Virus record (IMG/VR): IMGVR_UViG_3300032321_000388
Coordinates: 32,001 to 96,000 of that record
Length of the DNA stretch: 64,000 nucleotides
Source: a virus
Lineage: Duplodnaviria; Caudoviricetes
Strand: one strand, 5' to 3'
Positions 63,696-64,000 of this stretch are shown here, piece by piece. The notes beneath the pieces are model-generated. The model ran no database searches. It was given only the letters and a program-made list of their open reading frames with translations, and was not told the origin of the DNA. Positions within the stretch are counted from its first letter, which is position 1, and every line of letters starts with the position of its first letter. The translations under genes and the position numbers were made by a program.

Positions 63696-64000
63696 ATGGC
63701 AGCTATAACAAATTTTTACATCGACACTGGATCCACATTTGGAGCAGTAATTACAGTCAAAGGATCTGATGGATTGCCATTAAACTTGACTGGGTTTTCT
63801 GTGTCTTCTTACATTAGAAAATCGTATGCATCAAGAACCCATATTGACTTTAATGCTACAATATATTCTATTGTAGGTGGTCAAATACGGGTTTCTCTTA
63901 CTGATGAGAGTACAACCGGTATTAAACCTGGTCGTTATATGTATGACATTGAGATTGAATCTCCTATTGGAGAAAGATTAAGAGTTTCAGAAGGTATTAT
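63696..64000 (+). CDS. Conserved T4-like virion protein (3' truncated by window edge)
   Basis: Read by hand: MAAITNFYIDTGSTF...LNLTG...IRKSYAS...GRYMYDIEI...RVSEGI. Confidence 0.75.
   Translation, partial: MAAITNFYIDTGSTFGAVITVKGSDGLPLNLTGFSVSSYIRKSYASRTHIDFNATIYSIVGGQIRVSLTDESTTGIKPGRYMYDIEIESPIGERLRVSEGI

Noticed and set aside
1-64000. Stop-codon reassignment
   Set aside because: Core genes are full length under the standard code, and TAA, TAG and TGA all terminate genes.

Overview
This window is a 64-kb segment of an AT-rich, T4-like myovirus genome; the ErpA, IscU and PBP sequences suggest a proteobacterial host. All family calls come from recognising motifs and synteny by eye; no database searches were run. 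The left part (1-25.6 kb, + strand) carries the nrdB end, an ErpA/IscU Fe-S pair, and a curli/type VIII secretion-like island (CsgF, CsgG, two curlin-repeat proteins, secreted FecR, CHASE2 adenylate cyclase, S11 peptidase). It also carries T4 core genes (dsbA, rnh, phoH, GH19 endolysin, gp33, gp59, gp32). A short - strand block (25.7-31.3 kb) encodes the putative tape measure, a gp26/gp51-like pair joined by a likely -1 frameshift, gp16, gp54, gp2 and gp4. The right part (31.4-64 kb, + strand) is the baseplate and tail-fibre module. The strongest candidate for a new system is a six-gene-plus-substrate cassette (56568-61863) sitting between two paralogous fibre genes. It encodes a radical SAM/SPASM enzyme, an Asn-Cys-repeat protein bearing a fibre-tip adhesin N-terminus, and four 2OG-Fe(II) oxygenases. 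This looks like RiPP-style post-translational modification of a virion receptor-binding protein. Other notable items are a family of eight early promoters, probable leaderless late mRNAs, a structured intergenic RNA, and GATG/GASG motifs inserted into many virion proteins. No tRNA, rRNA, CRISPR array or IS element was seen.
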